64,000 nt of DNA from Octopus bimaculoides (lineage: Eukaryota), in assembly GCF_001194135.2 (NCBI RefSeq), contig NC_068985.1:26228550-26292549 (forward strand). Reading direction: 5' to 3'. Of the stretch, positions 41,481-54,624 are shown in pieces. The stretch's first letter is position 1; each line of letters starts with the position of its first letter. The position numbers were made by a program, and so were the translations under genes. The notes below the pieces were generated by a model. It made no database searches, was not told the DNA's origin, and saw only the letters and a list, made by a program, of their open reading frames with translations.

Positions 41481-42184
41481 CACCTGATAACAAGTAACCA
41501 AATCAACAACATATTTTTTAAATTTAAAAACAAAAAGTACATTTAAGTCTCCCAGTTAACATGGTGTAAAAATTTCTGTTTATTAGATGAATAGGATCAA
41601 ACTTTATAAAATATAGTTTTAAGGAGCCTTTTAGAATGCAGTATGTCAAAAGTCATACAAAACTTTATCTCCCAGCATTAATGTGTACTATTGATTTCAA
41701 TCACAATTGGATTTTTTTAACAAAAAAGTATTGGGTGAGACATTTAGAGACTTTAAGTTATTCTTAAGAAAGTAACGTGACATGAGTAAAAAAAATTTTT
41801 TTTAAATGACTAGTTCGTGTGAAACTGGTGTCATTAAAGAAATAGATGAAATGGTAGTTAACTCTGTTAAGAGTAGATTGGTCTTTAGAAAAGAGTAAAC
41901 GTGTAAGAAAATGATGTCCCATACAATAGCAAAGCTTGCAACTGAATAAACACCTATTTTTATCTGTTTCCTTGTTTTAGTAACTTATTTACTGATGACC
42001 TTTCAAATGTATTAAGCTTTAAAGCTTAACAAATTAAAATTAAATTTAAGGAAGCTAAAATTTTCTTGCGTTATTCTTGTCAAAACATTTTGCAGCCATA
42101 ATGGGGGTGGGGAAGAGATAAAATGAATTCAGTAGCAATAATATAAAAAGTTAAATTAATTTATAATTGCTAGGAGATACAATA

Positions 42185-45100
42185 CTACGATCGCCAGAAA
42201 TATGGATCTTGCTGCATCTTTCGAAGAAAGTTACTGTACCATTTTTCAAGAGTACTAAATGGAATATATGATTCGGATGGATTCATAGGAGCTTTGCAAG
42301 CAAACGATGAAGCAAAATTGAACAAATTTTCAACCATTTTCTTTGAGAAATCCATAAATGGTTCAAGGTTTGACACTGCTGCAGATGTTGCAGGTGTCTG
42401 CTGAGATAAGTCTTGAAGTGGTTCAACAGATATTCCAATTTGTGATACATTTACTGGTTGACTTGCCATAACTCCAAATGGATTTAGAGATGCTTCCGCT
42501 GAAATAAAAATAAGGAAAGAAATTTAGATCAAAAAGTATGTTGAGAAGTAAAGTCTTTTCAAAAACAATAATAAACTTAAGATGCTATAACAAGCACATT
42601 TTGAACAGATAAAGAAAATATGGATCTATATGGTTTCGCTCACAGATTTTTTAATTATTTTTTTTTTTAACTAAACAGTTTGAAACTTGGATACTGGTTG
42701 TAATTTCTCATGCTGAATATGGTTCACTTTCAACATTTTTGACAAAATTTCGTATTTTAGAAGCTATTTCATGTTAAATTTGTTGTATTTGGGTAATTTT
42801 AACCAGTCAACAACGTGTATTCAGTTGAAGAAAGCTACTGCTGTTTACGATAGTAATTGAAGAGGAACAACTTCTGGGTCATCTCTACTAAATGTCACCA
42901 CTCTGTTCTATTCGTATGTCAAGTGAAGGTCATAGGGAAAGTGCTGCTCCTTGGTCATAGCTGACACAAAAGAGAAGCTTTCTTCTATTCTAGTCAGCAC
43001 CATGCATTCCTTACTCTTTCCCTCTCTACTGGCAGACAGCCACTTCTATACTATCAACTACCAAGCAGCGAGCGAACTTGTCACTGCCACTATAATTACT
43101 GCTATATTTCTAACTACATGTCAGGCAAACGAATAAATATATGTAAATAATATTTCTTCCTTCTTGGTGTTGATTCTTCGATGTTTACTGGTTACTCTGA
43201 CACAAGAGCCAAAAAAAAAAAAAATAGCAAAGCATGTAAAATGCAACACAGGCAGTAAACAAACATAAAACAGAACAGAGTGGTCACAGTAGAAATGACC
43301 CAGAAGTTGTTCCTCTTCGATTACTATCGCAAACAGCAGTAACTTTCTTCAGCTGACTACACGTCGTTGATTGGTTAAAATTACCCAAATATGACAACTT
43401 TAACACAAAATAACTTCTAAAATATGAAATTTTGTCAAAAATGTTGAAAGTAAGCCATGTTCAGCATGAGAAATTACATCAGTATATGAAGTTTCAAACT
43501 GTTTCATTTTTAAAATATATTTAAAAAATCTGTGATCGAAGCTGAACAGATCCGAAGATATAAATCTATACAGCTTTGATAAATCAATTCTTTCACAAAC
43601 AACAAGAATTCATACAATAAATATTTAACTACAGATTTGTTCCTATTAAGCAAGAGGACAAATCTTTCCATAAATCAGTTTCTCAGGAAGCCTGTTATAT
43701 ATATGTGTGTGGTTGAGGAGTTTGATTCTGTCAATCCATTACTCTTTATAATGTATATAAATAATCCTTCCTATGACAGGCTTAAGGTCTGAAATTTTGT
43801 GGGGAGGGGGCTAGTTGATTACATCAACCCTAGTGCTCTCTTATAATGTATTGAACTAATGAGAGAGGTACAATGGCTGTGAGATGAAGGTGTGAGACTA
43901 CTAACCACACATCTTCAGTTCAATACTTATTAGTCACTATGAGTGCTTTAAATGAGGTACACAACTCTACTTGTCTCAATTGGATGAGAAACAGGTTCCA
44001 GTTTTCATGGTTAAAAGAGGCAAATATCCATCACTATTCTCACACACTAAATATAAAACAGTGAAGAAAAAAATAATAATATAGACCACTAACAAAAGGA
44101 AACTTACTTGATTTTAATTTAGATACTTTAAAGATGGCACTTGGTTTAATATTAGTGATGTGACCAAGGAGAATCCAGCTGGGTCCACTAATACTGGGCC
44201 AAGAAAAGTATACTGCAAATAATCAAATAAAAACTAGTTTTATACAAGGTAAAAAAAGATTTAAAAAAAACACCCCCACCACAAAATATTTCAAATGGTA
44301 AGATGATGGCTGTCTCTCAGCAAGGTTACAATAATATAAGATTCTTAATAGAGTTAAAACATTCATAAATATTTGTTTGTTTTCTAGGCTATGTGATCAT
44401 GGTTTTGATTCCCAGACCAGCAGAATGTTGTGTTCTTAAGCAGAACACTTCATTTCATGATGCTCCAGTCCACTCAGCTGTAAATGGTTAACCCTGTGAC
44501 AGACTGGCATTCCAATCAAGGGGAATATTGGCCTGCTTGCTTAGCCAATGGGATGACATTATTTGACAGCTATACCAATGCAGGGAAGTGCCTTGTGACC
44601 AGTAGTGTATAACAACATCTGATAGTCCGTTTGATACAGTGATAAAGGCCATACAATAATTTGTCATGTAAAGTCAGTCTATGGTTTTGTTCTTTAGTTA
44701 TAGCGGCTTATTCCACATGTTGCTACCCTGTAGGTGGAGCAATGTACTATATTACATGCAGCATCAGCCAAAGTATGACAGCATTCAACTAGTGCTGACA
44801 ATATAATGCATCAGACTGGAGTATGTTGTCATAAATATTATACAATGTTAAAAAGTAGAAATGAAATGAAGTCTACAAATTTTGTAACTGAATATTTGTT
44901 GAACAAAAAAATGGAAAAACAGAGAGTTAAAATTATTTCACATACAGGTAAAATAAACAATATCATAATTTTTTTTTTTCCATGCAAGCAAGGGTTGGAT
45001 AGGTTGTCGTGATTTGTATCAGTTCTTATTCAGAATTACTATCTTCTTAAGGCGGCGAGCTGGCAGAAACGTTAGCATACGGGGCGAAATGCTTAGCGGT

Positions 45101-48100
45101 ATTTCATGTCTTTACATTCTGAATTCAAATTCCGAGGTTGACTTTTCCTTTCATCCTTTTGGAATCGATAAATTAAGTACCAGTTGCGTACTGGGATTGA
45201 TCTAATCGACTGGCCCCTCTCCCAAAATTTCGGGCCTTGTGCCTAGAGTAGAAAAAAAAATTACTATCTTCTTAAATGGGAAACCTACGATGTAGTCAGC
45301 AGAGTCCTTGTCTTGCATGTGTCTTCTATTTTTGACATGGATTCCATGTCTGGATGTCTTTCTTATCATCAACTACTTCAGAGGGTGCAGTAGGTGCATT
45401 TTGTCATGCTGCCAACACTAGAAAGATTGTTCCATGTGAAGAGGACTACAGAATTTCTAGACAAGTAAGCCTGCTGCTTGACCTGGCTGCATTTCTTTAT
45501 CTTGCCGTTTCCCATACTCTGTCTTGCCATCCATTGCAGTCTTGTGTGATATGTCCTTATTTTGGGCAGTTTTTACAAACTATTTTATGGCATAGATTGG
45601 ATATACTTTATTGTGTTGGTGGCTCTAGAGAGAACGACCCTGAAAAAGTAGTCCACACTATATTGTCTCCATTGGTTCCTGTCTCTTTTTACACAATTGG
45701 ATACCCATCCTATCACAACCACTATAAAAGATAAAGAGGGTACATTTCATTGTTACCAGCACCAAGAGTCTATGATTGGACTAAAGAGTTTCCCCTAACC
45801 TGTATTGGTCTTTATTCTTACTCATGAATTTGTTCTGAGTGGTAAACATGCTTGGCTAAAGATGTTGTATATATCTCTGTGTAGGGAAGGGTTTCCCTAC
45901 AAAGAGGTTCAGAACAGCAATAAAGACCATTGGCTATAAGGATAGTCTCTGTTCTACTCTCATAGAGATAATTGAGAGAGACAATGTCTCCAATGTAGCA
46001 TGGCAGGAAGTTTTATAGCAGTAACCTGGGAGAGATGATAGTGAGAGGTGGTAACAATGCATTTAGCTATCAAGATAAACAGATTTCAAAGAGAAGGGAT
46101 ACTCACCCAAGGAATGCAAGCTATGCTGAACATACTAAACATTTTTCTTATTGGTTAAATATGCATACATTAGATTGTTAGGAGTGGCTGTGTGGTAAGA
46201 AGTGTGCTTCTCAACCACATGGTTCCAGGTTCAGTCCTACTGCATGGCACCTTGGGCAAGTGTCTTCTACAATAGCTTCAGATAAACCAAAGCCTTATGA
46301 GTAGATTTGATAAATGGAAACTGAAAGAAGCCCACTGTATATGTATATATCTACGTGTGTCTTTGTGTCTATGTTCATCCACCACCACTGCTTAACAACC
46401 AGTGTTGGTATGTTTGTGACCCCATAACTTAGCAGTTCAGCAAAAGAGGCCGATAGAATAAGTACCTGGCTTAGAAAAAAAGTACTGGGGTCGATTCATT
46501 TAACTAAAATTTCTCAATGCAGTGCCCTGGCACGGCCGCAGTCTAATGACTGAAATAAAATATATAAAATATGAAAAAAACCTAAGATAACTTGTCCCTC
46601 CCCCACACATCTCAAAATACTAATATTTTAGTTTAATAGTTTAAGTGTTTCCTAACATCCATAAACCCAAGTATATTTATTTTCCAGTCAAAAAAAAAAA
46701 AAAAAAAAGGAAGAGAGAGAGAGAGAGAGAGAGATTAGTGTGTTCTGAAGAATAATATATTTAAGAGCTTTTCTTTCACCACAGAATATTTCCATTTTCT
46801 GCTTAACTATCCACAACCAGTAATTGTCAGCAATGTATATAATTTGCCTGACCTCAAGGGAGAAGGGAAATAGAATCTGTGCTAAATATAAGTGAAGCAA
46901 ACAGATTCATCTATGTCTTTCCTTTCACTTATATTGTTCTAAATGCTTAAGTCCCCTTAGCAACTAAACACATCACCACCACCTCTCACCATTATCACTT
47001 CCAGGTGACTGCTACAAAATTCCTTACCTTACCAAGTATTGTCATGGAGACATCGTTACTTTCAACTATCTCTGTATAAATGTCAAACTGAAAGCAGTTA
47101 ATTTTACAATATAAATTTTATGAAATATATATCATTATCATTATTTAACATCTGTTTTTTTCCATGCTGGCACCAACTGGACAGTTTGACGCGAGCTGGA
47201 GAGCCACAAGACTGCACCAAGCTCTACTGTCAGCTTTGACATGCTTTCTATGGCTGGATGCCCTCTTAACACAAACCACTAGAGAGATGGAGGGTGTGTT
47301 TGTGTGTGTGTTTAAATACTCTTTCAGATACTGAACTAACTGATAACTTTGCCGTTTTGATTTCTACATAAATTAATTAAGATCATTTTTGAATGATTTT
47401 TTTAATTGCAAATATGAAATTGAAATTCTACTGAAATATTTTTACTGGAATTTTGTTTCTGTATCAGAACCAGTTAGAAATAACTATGTCTGTCACTCAG
47501 GAGTAGACTTTTGTAGGGATTAACAAAGAAAAGCAGTTTTAATTTTATTCAATCGAAGACCAAATATTATTATGATTGACAATATATTGTAAATAGGAAA
47601 TTTTTTTTAAAGTATGAAAGTTTTCTCTAAATCTTCTTTCACCCTTTGTAATTGTTGTGTCAATATTGTATTGTATCAATATATTGGTAGAAACCAATAC
47701 ATTGATATAATGTAAGTAAACCACTGATTACTATAATCTTAAGCTGTATAAAAGATATTAATCACTCTGAAGCTGATATTACAAACCAAAATAGTATTAG
47801 ACAGAGAGCTTTAGCAGTAGTAATTGGTCTATCATGTCATTGACTGTGAATTTTTGACTTTTATTTTGATACTGACACCAACTGTGGCATATCTAAAATA
47901 ATACAGATTTATCTTCCACATGGTTGAATATTATAAACATAATAACTATACAAATAAATATATATGGCTTTATATATATTTATTTATACAAGTATACAAA
48001 TAAACCTATATACTTCAAGCAAATTTGTAATAAATAGGACAATGGAGATTTATTTTTGGCAAAAATCAATAAAATCATCAATGAGACTTTACTAAAGCAA

Positions 48101-51100
48101 AGATCAATATTTAAAAGACTTCAACTAATGTTTTTAATTTAATGTAAAAATTTTAACCATCAAAATCATTTAATCACAAAAATCACAAATAAACCTAAAA
48201 TAAATGCACAATCTTACCAGCTCCACCATAACCATCAGGAAAAGGAATTTGTCCTGTAAGGAAAACTACTATGTGGTTGATATTTTCAGACTCCAAAATA
48301 TTAAACAGAAATTGGTTTTCAGTTACCTGTTCACAGTTTGTTTGGACCTGGAATCAGAATTAGAATTCTGGAATCAGAATTAGAAGCTGACCAAAGTATA
48401 TACAGTTTAATATTATTTATTCAACTGAAATGATAAAATCAGACCTTCCCCCACTCTCACCAAAGAACAGCATTATAATTAAATCTATTTTCATAATTAC
48501 TATATTCACAGCTAACTACATGGTGTGGATTCAATCCCACTGCATGACACCTTGAACAAGTGTCTTCTATTATAGCTCCAGGCTGACTAAAGCATTGTGA
48601 GTGGGTTTAGTAGATGGAAACTGAAAGAAGTGTCATATATATATAAAGGTGTATAGGCATGTCAGGAATGGTGCTAGTGAGTTTTGGGAAGCACAGATTT
48701 TCAAAGGGTAGTGTCCTGACAGCTAATCAACTAATGTGGGTATTTTAACCCATGCTTTGACAATTCTGAGCATGAAGAAAAATGTTTCTGAAAGTCACGG
48801 GTGCTGTACTGTTTTTGATTTTATAAGAATGTCCATGGGTGATAGAGATAATGAATTAAAAAAAGCAAAGTTGTTGGAAATAGGGTGGATAATCTCGTGG
48901 GCATATATCAAAGCATTAACATGTTATTGCCCTGAGAAACAAAACATTCAAGAACAAGATTATGAGAGTTCCAGGATGTCTCTCTGGCAGAACTCCATCA
49001 ATTTGGCGGTATAGCTAATGAGATTGACTGGTTGATAATTGACAGGTGATATACATTTACCAGTTTTGATCAGGGGGATAACACTGGAAATTTTCCACTG
49101 TTCTAGGTAACACAATTATTAAAGTAGAATTAGAAGAGGAACGAAAGCTGGTGCAACAGAAGGTCACTGCATTTGGAAAGTAGAAAAATAACTCCTTCCA
49201 GAACATGGATTGCAGAGAATTGTGTCAATATTTAAAATGGCATCACAACATTGTAGGAGTAAATTCAACAGATTTTATGGAATTTGGTGTTAGTAGTATG
49301 AAGGTGGTACGTTTGGATCTTCGAAAGTAAAAATGTTAGCATTTGGCAATAAGCTCAGCACACTCTTTGAGGTTATCAGTAATCTGTATAGGGATGGAAG
49401 GAGCCAACTGGTGAGAATGAGGCCTCTGTTTTGACTGCGTATACTTCCAGAACATTTTGTTTTCTAGTTTTGTTGCTAAGCACTGTTCAAATTTAAGCAC
49501 TATCTTTTTAGTTACCTGTTTGATATGGCTGGCTATTGTGCCTTCTATTATTCTCTGTTCTATGTAATCCACAGTCAGTATCTTGCTGTTCTCTCTTGGA
49601 AAGGTAGATTGTTGCAGTTTCCTAAATTGCACTTTTTGGATTTCTAACATGTTGAATTAGCACTGATACTTCACATGCAGCCCAGATTGAATTAAGAATG
49701 TACTAGAGGATAGTATCAACATCTTTGCAATTGTAAGTTCAAGTCAATTTTGGTGCTTTAACACAGAACAGTAAGAGTTCCAGTTGAAATGAGCAGTTTA
49801 TGATAGTGGCAGCTTTCCTTTCAACCAATAAGACACAGATTGGCAATGGACATAGCGTGACTGGAGATATCTAAATGTTCCTCAGTAGGGATGTTGATAA
49901 CACTTTCAGGAGCAGTGATAAACAAATAGTAGATCCAAAGTGTTGTTATCTCTTGTGGGGGAGTTGATTAATTGAGACCAGCTTGAATCCAGCACTAAAT
50001 CAAGGAAATTATTTACATTTTGGGGTCAGTGAAAAGTTTCTCAATTAATCTCTGGGTACTCTTTTACTTGTTTCAGTCATTTGATTGCGGCCATGCTGGA
50101 GCACTGCCTTTAGTCGAGCAAATCGACTCCAGGACTTATTCTTTGTAAGCCTAGTACTTATTCTATCAGTCTCTTTTGCCGAACCGCTAAGTTACAGGGA
50201 TGTAAACACACCAGCATTGGTTGACAAGCGATGCTGCGGGGACAAACACACAAACATATACACACACATACATATATGTATATATATACATATATGCGAC
50301 GGTCTTCTTTCAGTTTCTACCTACCAAATCCACTCACAAGGCTTTGGTCGACCCGAGGCTATAGTAGAAGACACTTGCCCAAAGTGCCACGCAATTGGGA
50401 CTGAACCCAGAACCATGTGGTTGGTAAGCAAGCTACTTACCAGACAGCCACTCCTGCGTCTAGTTGAAATTACCAGCAATGCAAACATGAGTAACTGTTT
50501 TTACTGATGCAGTTTTGAGGATGTTAAAAAGCTGTGTCATAACAGTAGTTTGGGAGTGAATTATAAGTGCTTATATAGTTGTCATAGAAAAATATTTCTT
50601 GTTGCAATTAGTTGAAATCATTACAAGGATTTGCTAAAAAGCTCGAGTGAACATAGACCAATCATACCCACCCCACAGCAATTAAAACAGTCTTTATAAA
50701 ACAAGGTGCAGCCAGCCATGCTAAAAACATCATTGCAGAGAAAAGAACATGCTCAGGTTTCTGTATCTGTAATAAAATCAGGGTCCTTACTCTTAACATA
50801 GAATTCAAAAAGGTGAATCTTCTGCAAGAAGTGTAGGCATTCAAAAGCAATAATTTTTATCCGGATTTAAGCTTATCATCACTCTTAATGGGATAACATA
50901 TTGTTCTGGAGCTTTTCCATTGCTACCCAGTGTTGGTTTGGTATCCTCAAACTAGCTAGTATCCCCAGACTTGACAAATTTCCATATTTCCCTATTATTG
51001 AGTAAGGTAACACTTACATGTGGTACTGAATCATGATTCAAGGAAGATACAATAAGAAGCTTTGGGTGTATATTGGGTGATAAACCAGGGTGACTTTGAT

Positions 51101-54100
51101 AAGCAATTTGATTTTCACACTTAGCCTTATCAGAGGTTAATCAGTATGCACATGCCTTGTCTGGGTTCTGGTTGATGAAGGTGGAGAACATTTTTGCTGA
51201 GGAACACTGTCAAATTCTTGGACGAATTGTCAGCAAATATCCATGGATCAAATATTTCTTCAGATACACCAACAGCAATTATACCATGCATAGCAGATTC
51301 AGTGGCTTTAGCATTGCCTCTGGATTGGGCAATAGCTGCAGGTAGGTTTGCAAGCAAAACATTCTAATATGATACCCTCGTTGTGCAATTCTGTATTAAT
51401 TTTAGCTTTAATATCTGTTACTTTGATGCTCAACTCAGAGACAAATTGTTGAATTTCCGCAACTTCATAATGGGTAGCTAGTTTTAGTTTCACAGTGACG
51501 GTTGGGGAAGAGATAGAAGCCAGGCACAGAATGGAACAACTTGGTAGTTGAACTATTTCCCAGAACCTATTCATCATAGAGTCAGTGTCTTGCTTTCTTT
51601 TTTCTTTTTTTTTCTCAGTATTGTTGGGTAGTGGCACATTGACTAGTTTTGTTGCATAGTTCATCCATACATGAAGCTGTGGTAATTTTGTCCTGTCTGT
51701 CCGTTTGCACAATTCAAAAAGAAAAAAAGTGCATCTTAATAGAGAACTCGCAAAACAGATTTGACATGATAAAGTGTGTTCGAGTATTTTCTACGTGTGC
51801 AACAAACAAACCTGCATACATATATTTAAGAAATACAGTATATATCGGAACTGAGGCAATTTTTTGGAATATACGCAGTTCAGTCGAGTGTAAACAATGT
51901 GATGTATAAGAGGGAAAACATACTTATCAATGTGTATACATGTGTGTGTGTGTGTGTGACGTGCATATACACACAAATTGGTGTGCTTGTAATTGTTTAA
52001 ATAATTTGTGATGTATTCACAGTAGCCATTGTACTTGTCGCACAGACGAAGTGAGATTTATTTACATTTATTTTGACTACATGTGGTTATTACTGTGATT
52101 GCTATCCGAGTATTCACACCGATTTGAAGCTAATCTAAGGTGACCGAAGCGACTTAACAACCGATAGATTTAATAAGCAAAAGGATTTGGGAGATAAATA
52201 TGTTTTATACACTCACAATACTAATTCTGTTTTAATTGGTTACTATAAAGTTGGAATTAGAGGAGAGCTTCTACGTGATAGCACGGCCTGCTAAAAAGAG
52301 AAGCCAAATAACTCTCCTTCCGATCATACACTATTGTCTAGGTCTAAATAAAAAAACAGACACATTGAATATGATTTTTGGTATAATAAATCCGAAAAAC
52401 AAAAGACGAGATGGTCACGACTGGATTGTCCTTTGAATTGCTTCATTTCAGGTATACTGAGTACAGTTAAGTTATGAAATGTAACATTAAATTTTATGTA
52501 AGGTAGTCGACTATTTCAATAGTTGTAGAGTAGCTCCAGGTTGATCCTACTGGAGTAGACTGAAGACGTGACCATCTCATCTTTTATATATCTAGGATTA
52601 CATTATCCGATGTCGTTCATTTTTTAAAGACGATAGTACGTGACTTGGAGGTTATTTCTTGCAGATCAAACAACTGTACAGAAGTTCCCTCTAGTTCGAT
52701 TAAAACAGTAAAATTGCATGGTAAGCAGTTTACATTTATAAGTAAACTTTTGAGCGGAGACTGACAAGGAAGTGAAACAAAATAAATAAATTCATCATTA
52801 ATTTCTTTAGTGTAATTTTCTATTAAATTCCTGAGAGATTTTTTGGTTGGTTGTTCTAAGGAGTGATCACGAAGAGAACTACAGATGTCAAAACAATGTT
52901 AAACTTAATTTGGGCCAAAGCGGTGATTAATAGAGAAGCTCAAGAATGTTTGGAATGGTTTAGTATAAATAGAGTGAGAAATTTTTTTTGCTGGATGCTG
53001 ATCGAGCATTTCCAGCTATGGTTATCCCTTTTTGGGGAGGCGGATACGTTTATCTAATGTGAAATTTATATGTATTTTGAAGCCAGAAGGTTCTTTGGCT
53101 GTTAATTGTACGAGTGATCAGGCAGGGCAGAAGTTACCTTGTTGACACGGATAGGCAAACTATTTTTGGGAAAACTTTTTTTTTTAATTATAGCTAAAAA
53201 AAAAAAAACAAAGAAAGAAAAACAACCTACAAAACAAAATGTGTGTCGATAATAAACATACCAATTAAGTAGATAAAATGTGAAATATCTTTACTGACAG
53301 GCAATTTAGTTTTAGCAAAAATAAATTATGAAACTCTTGGCTTACTACTAAGAAACTTTATTCTCAAAATTTAAGTCCCGAGGAAACGAAATAATTATTC
53401 AGCCTTTTGTGCAGATTGTAAAATCCTGCATAAGCTCGTTTGTTTTCACAAACGTGATCATGTAATTAGGCAAAATAAATACACCACCCCATGAACAGCA
53501 TCACAAATATCAGAGAGGGTGTTTTTTTTTTCCAAACCGAAAGGAGTGGAGTATTATTAGATCAAAAGCAGTTAAGAATATAGCAAATGTTCTGAAACTA
53601 ATTTAGACTTTCATGAATTAAAAGAATTATTATTCTGACATAGAGACAAGCCAACATTTGGTGATCTTATAGTTAAGCACATCACTTTCAAACTTTTGTG
53701 AGAAGGGTACTGTCGATTATATCGACTCCAGTGAATTAGGAAAGACAAAGTCGACCAGTGGAACTTGAACTCAGAACGCAAAGGCATGTAACTAAATAAC
53801 ACAACTTATTTTGTCCGGTACTCTACCGTTGCTGCTTTCATCACCATCAATTGATATTGGTGTCAAGTTTTAGCACAAGACCAGCAAAATAAGGGGGAGG
53901 GAGTAAGTCGATTACATCGACCCCGGTGCTCAACTGGTACTTATTTTATCAACTCCCGTATGGGATGAAAGGCAAAGTCGAATACTAATTATCAATTAAT
54001 ATTAATTGAAGTAAAACTATCCCGGGTACTACTAAAGCAGCGCGGACCCGAACGCGCAGTCGCGCTAGCTAGTTGTGAGTGGTCGATCCTAACCCTAACC

Positions 54101-54624
54101 CTAAACACGTATTCATTTGCACACGCGGGTTAGGGATAGGGTTAGGGACAAGGTTAGGGATAGGGTTAGGGACAAGGTTAGGGTTAGGGTTAGGATCGAC
54201 CACTCAAGACTAGCTAGCGCGACTGCGCGTTCGGGTCCGCGCTGCTTTAGTAGTACCACTATCCCGATAATTATTAAACAGTGATAACTTTAAACAAATT
54301 TGTAAATAAGTTATGTAATTGGCTCCGATAACGTTGTCCGAATTTACATCTTTAATTTTACTGATAATTTGATATTGCACTCGGTAATGAGAGAGAGAGA
54401 GAGAGTGTGTGTGTGTGTGTGTGCAATTTCAGTTTCATTATTTTTTTCAACTCCGCCGAACGGGACATAATCAACAATTAGAAACGTGCAACTAATACCG
54501 CAAGAAAATAAATAAATAAAGGAAATTTGTGAACATAAACATTACAGTAGTTTTCATGAAAAGAAAAAAAATTAACCAAGTCTATCAGACTCACAAGTCG
54601 TCCAGCAACAATCACACCAAACAT
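42185..54624 (-). CDS. HIKESHI: Hikeshi (HSP70 nuclear import carrier, C11orf73/OPI10 family), complete, 192 aa
   Basis: Minus-strand exons 54624-54595 ([10 protein letters not shown]), 48347-48218 (VQTNCEQ...[21 protein letters not shown]), 44212-44108 (VYFSWPS...[21 protein letters not shown]), 42498-42185 (...QIGISVEPL...FNFASSF...QDPYFWRS stop); 579 nt in frame; matches recalled human Hikeshi throughout. Confidence 0.96.
42622..43553. mobile_element. Long-TIR MITE / foldback element in the last Hikeshi intron
   Basis: Arms 42622-42909 and 43272-43553 are reverse complements (roughly 85-90% by eye) around a spacer of about 360 bp; termini eroded. Confidence 0.88.
45051..45258 (+). mobile_element. 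SINE family B (young) with 17-bp TSD
   Basis: TSD AATTACTATCTTCTTAA at 45034-45050 and 45259-45275; A-rich tail. Confidence 0.93.
46180..46555 (+). mobile_element. SINE family C, full length
   Basis: AGGAGTGGCTGTGTGGTAAG head through CAGTCTAATGACTGAAA tail. Confidence 0.88.
48650..51700 (-). mobile_element. Degenerate CR1-group LINE (possible ORF1 remnant, APE domain, start of RT), interrupted by a SINE
   Basis: Minus-strand remnants LLLNAYTS (APE start), PEIN (GDFNxPEINW-like), [20 protein letters not shown] and NYQPVNLIS (NYRPVSLTS-like); SINE C inserted at 50060-50460. Confidence 0.65.
50060..50460 (-). mobile_element. SINE family C, full length (young)
   Basis: Complete reverse copy nested in the CR1 remnant. 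Confidence 0.9.
54025..54257. mobile_element. MITE with 80-bp TIRs, 9-bp TSD and internal TTAGGG repeats (Mutator- or Merlin-type)
   Basis: TSD ACTATCCCG at 54016-54024 and 54258-54266; arms 54025-54104 and 54178-54257 match at 78/80; GG termini. Confidence 0.93.

Noticed and set aside
52236-52436. 66-aa ORF in the CpG-rich part of Hikeshi intron 1
   Set aside because: Non-ATG start, no recognisable motif, length expected by chance.
54085-54195. TTAGGG/CCCTAA repeats as a true telomere or chromosome fusion scar
   Set aside because: Short, enclosed by TIRs and a 9-bp TSD, with genes continuing on both sides.
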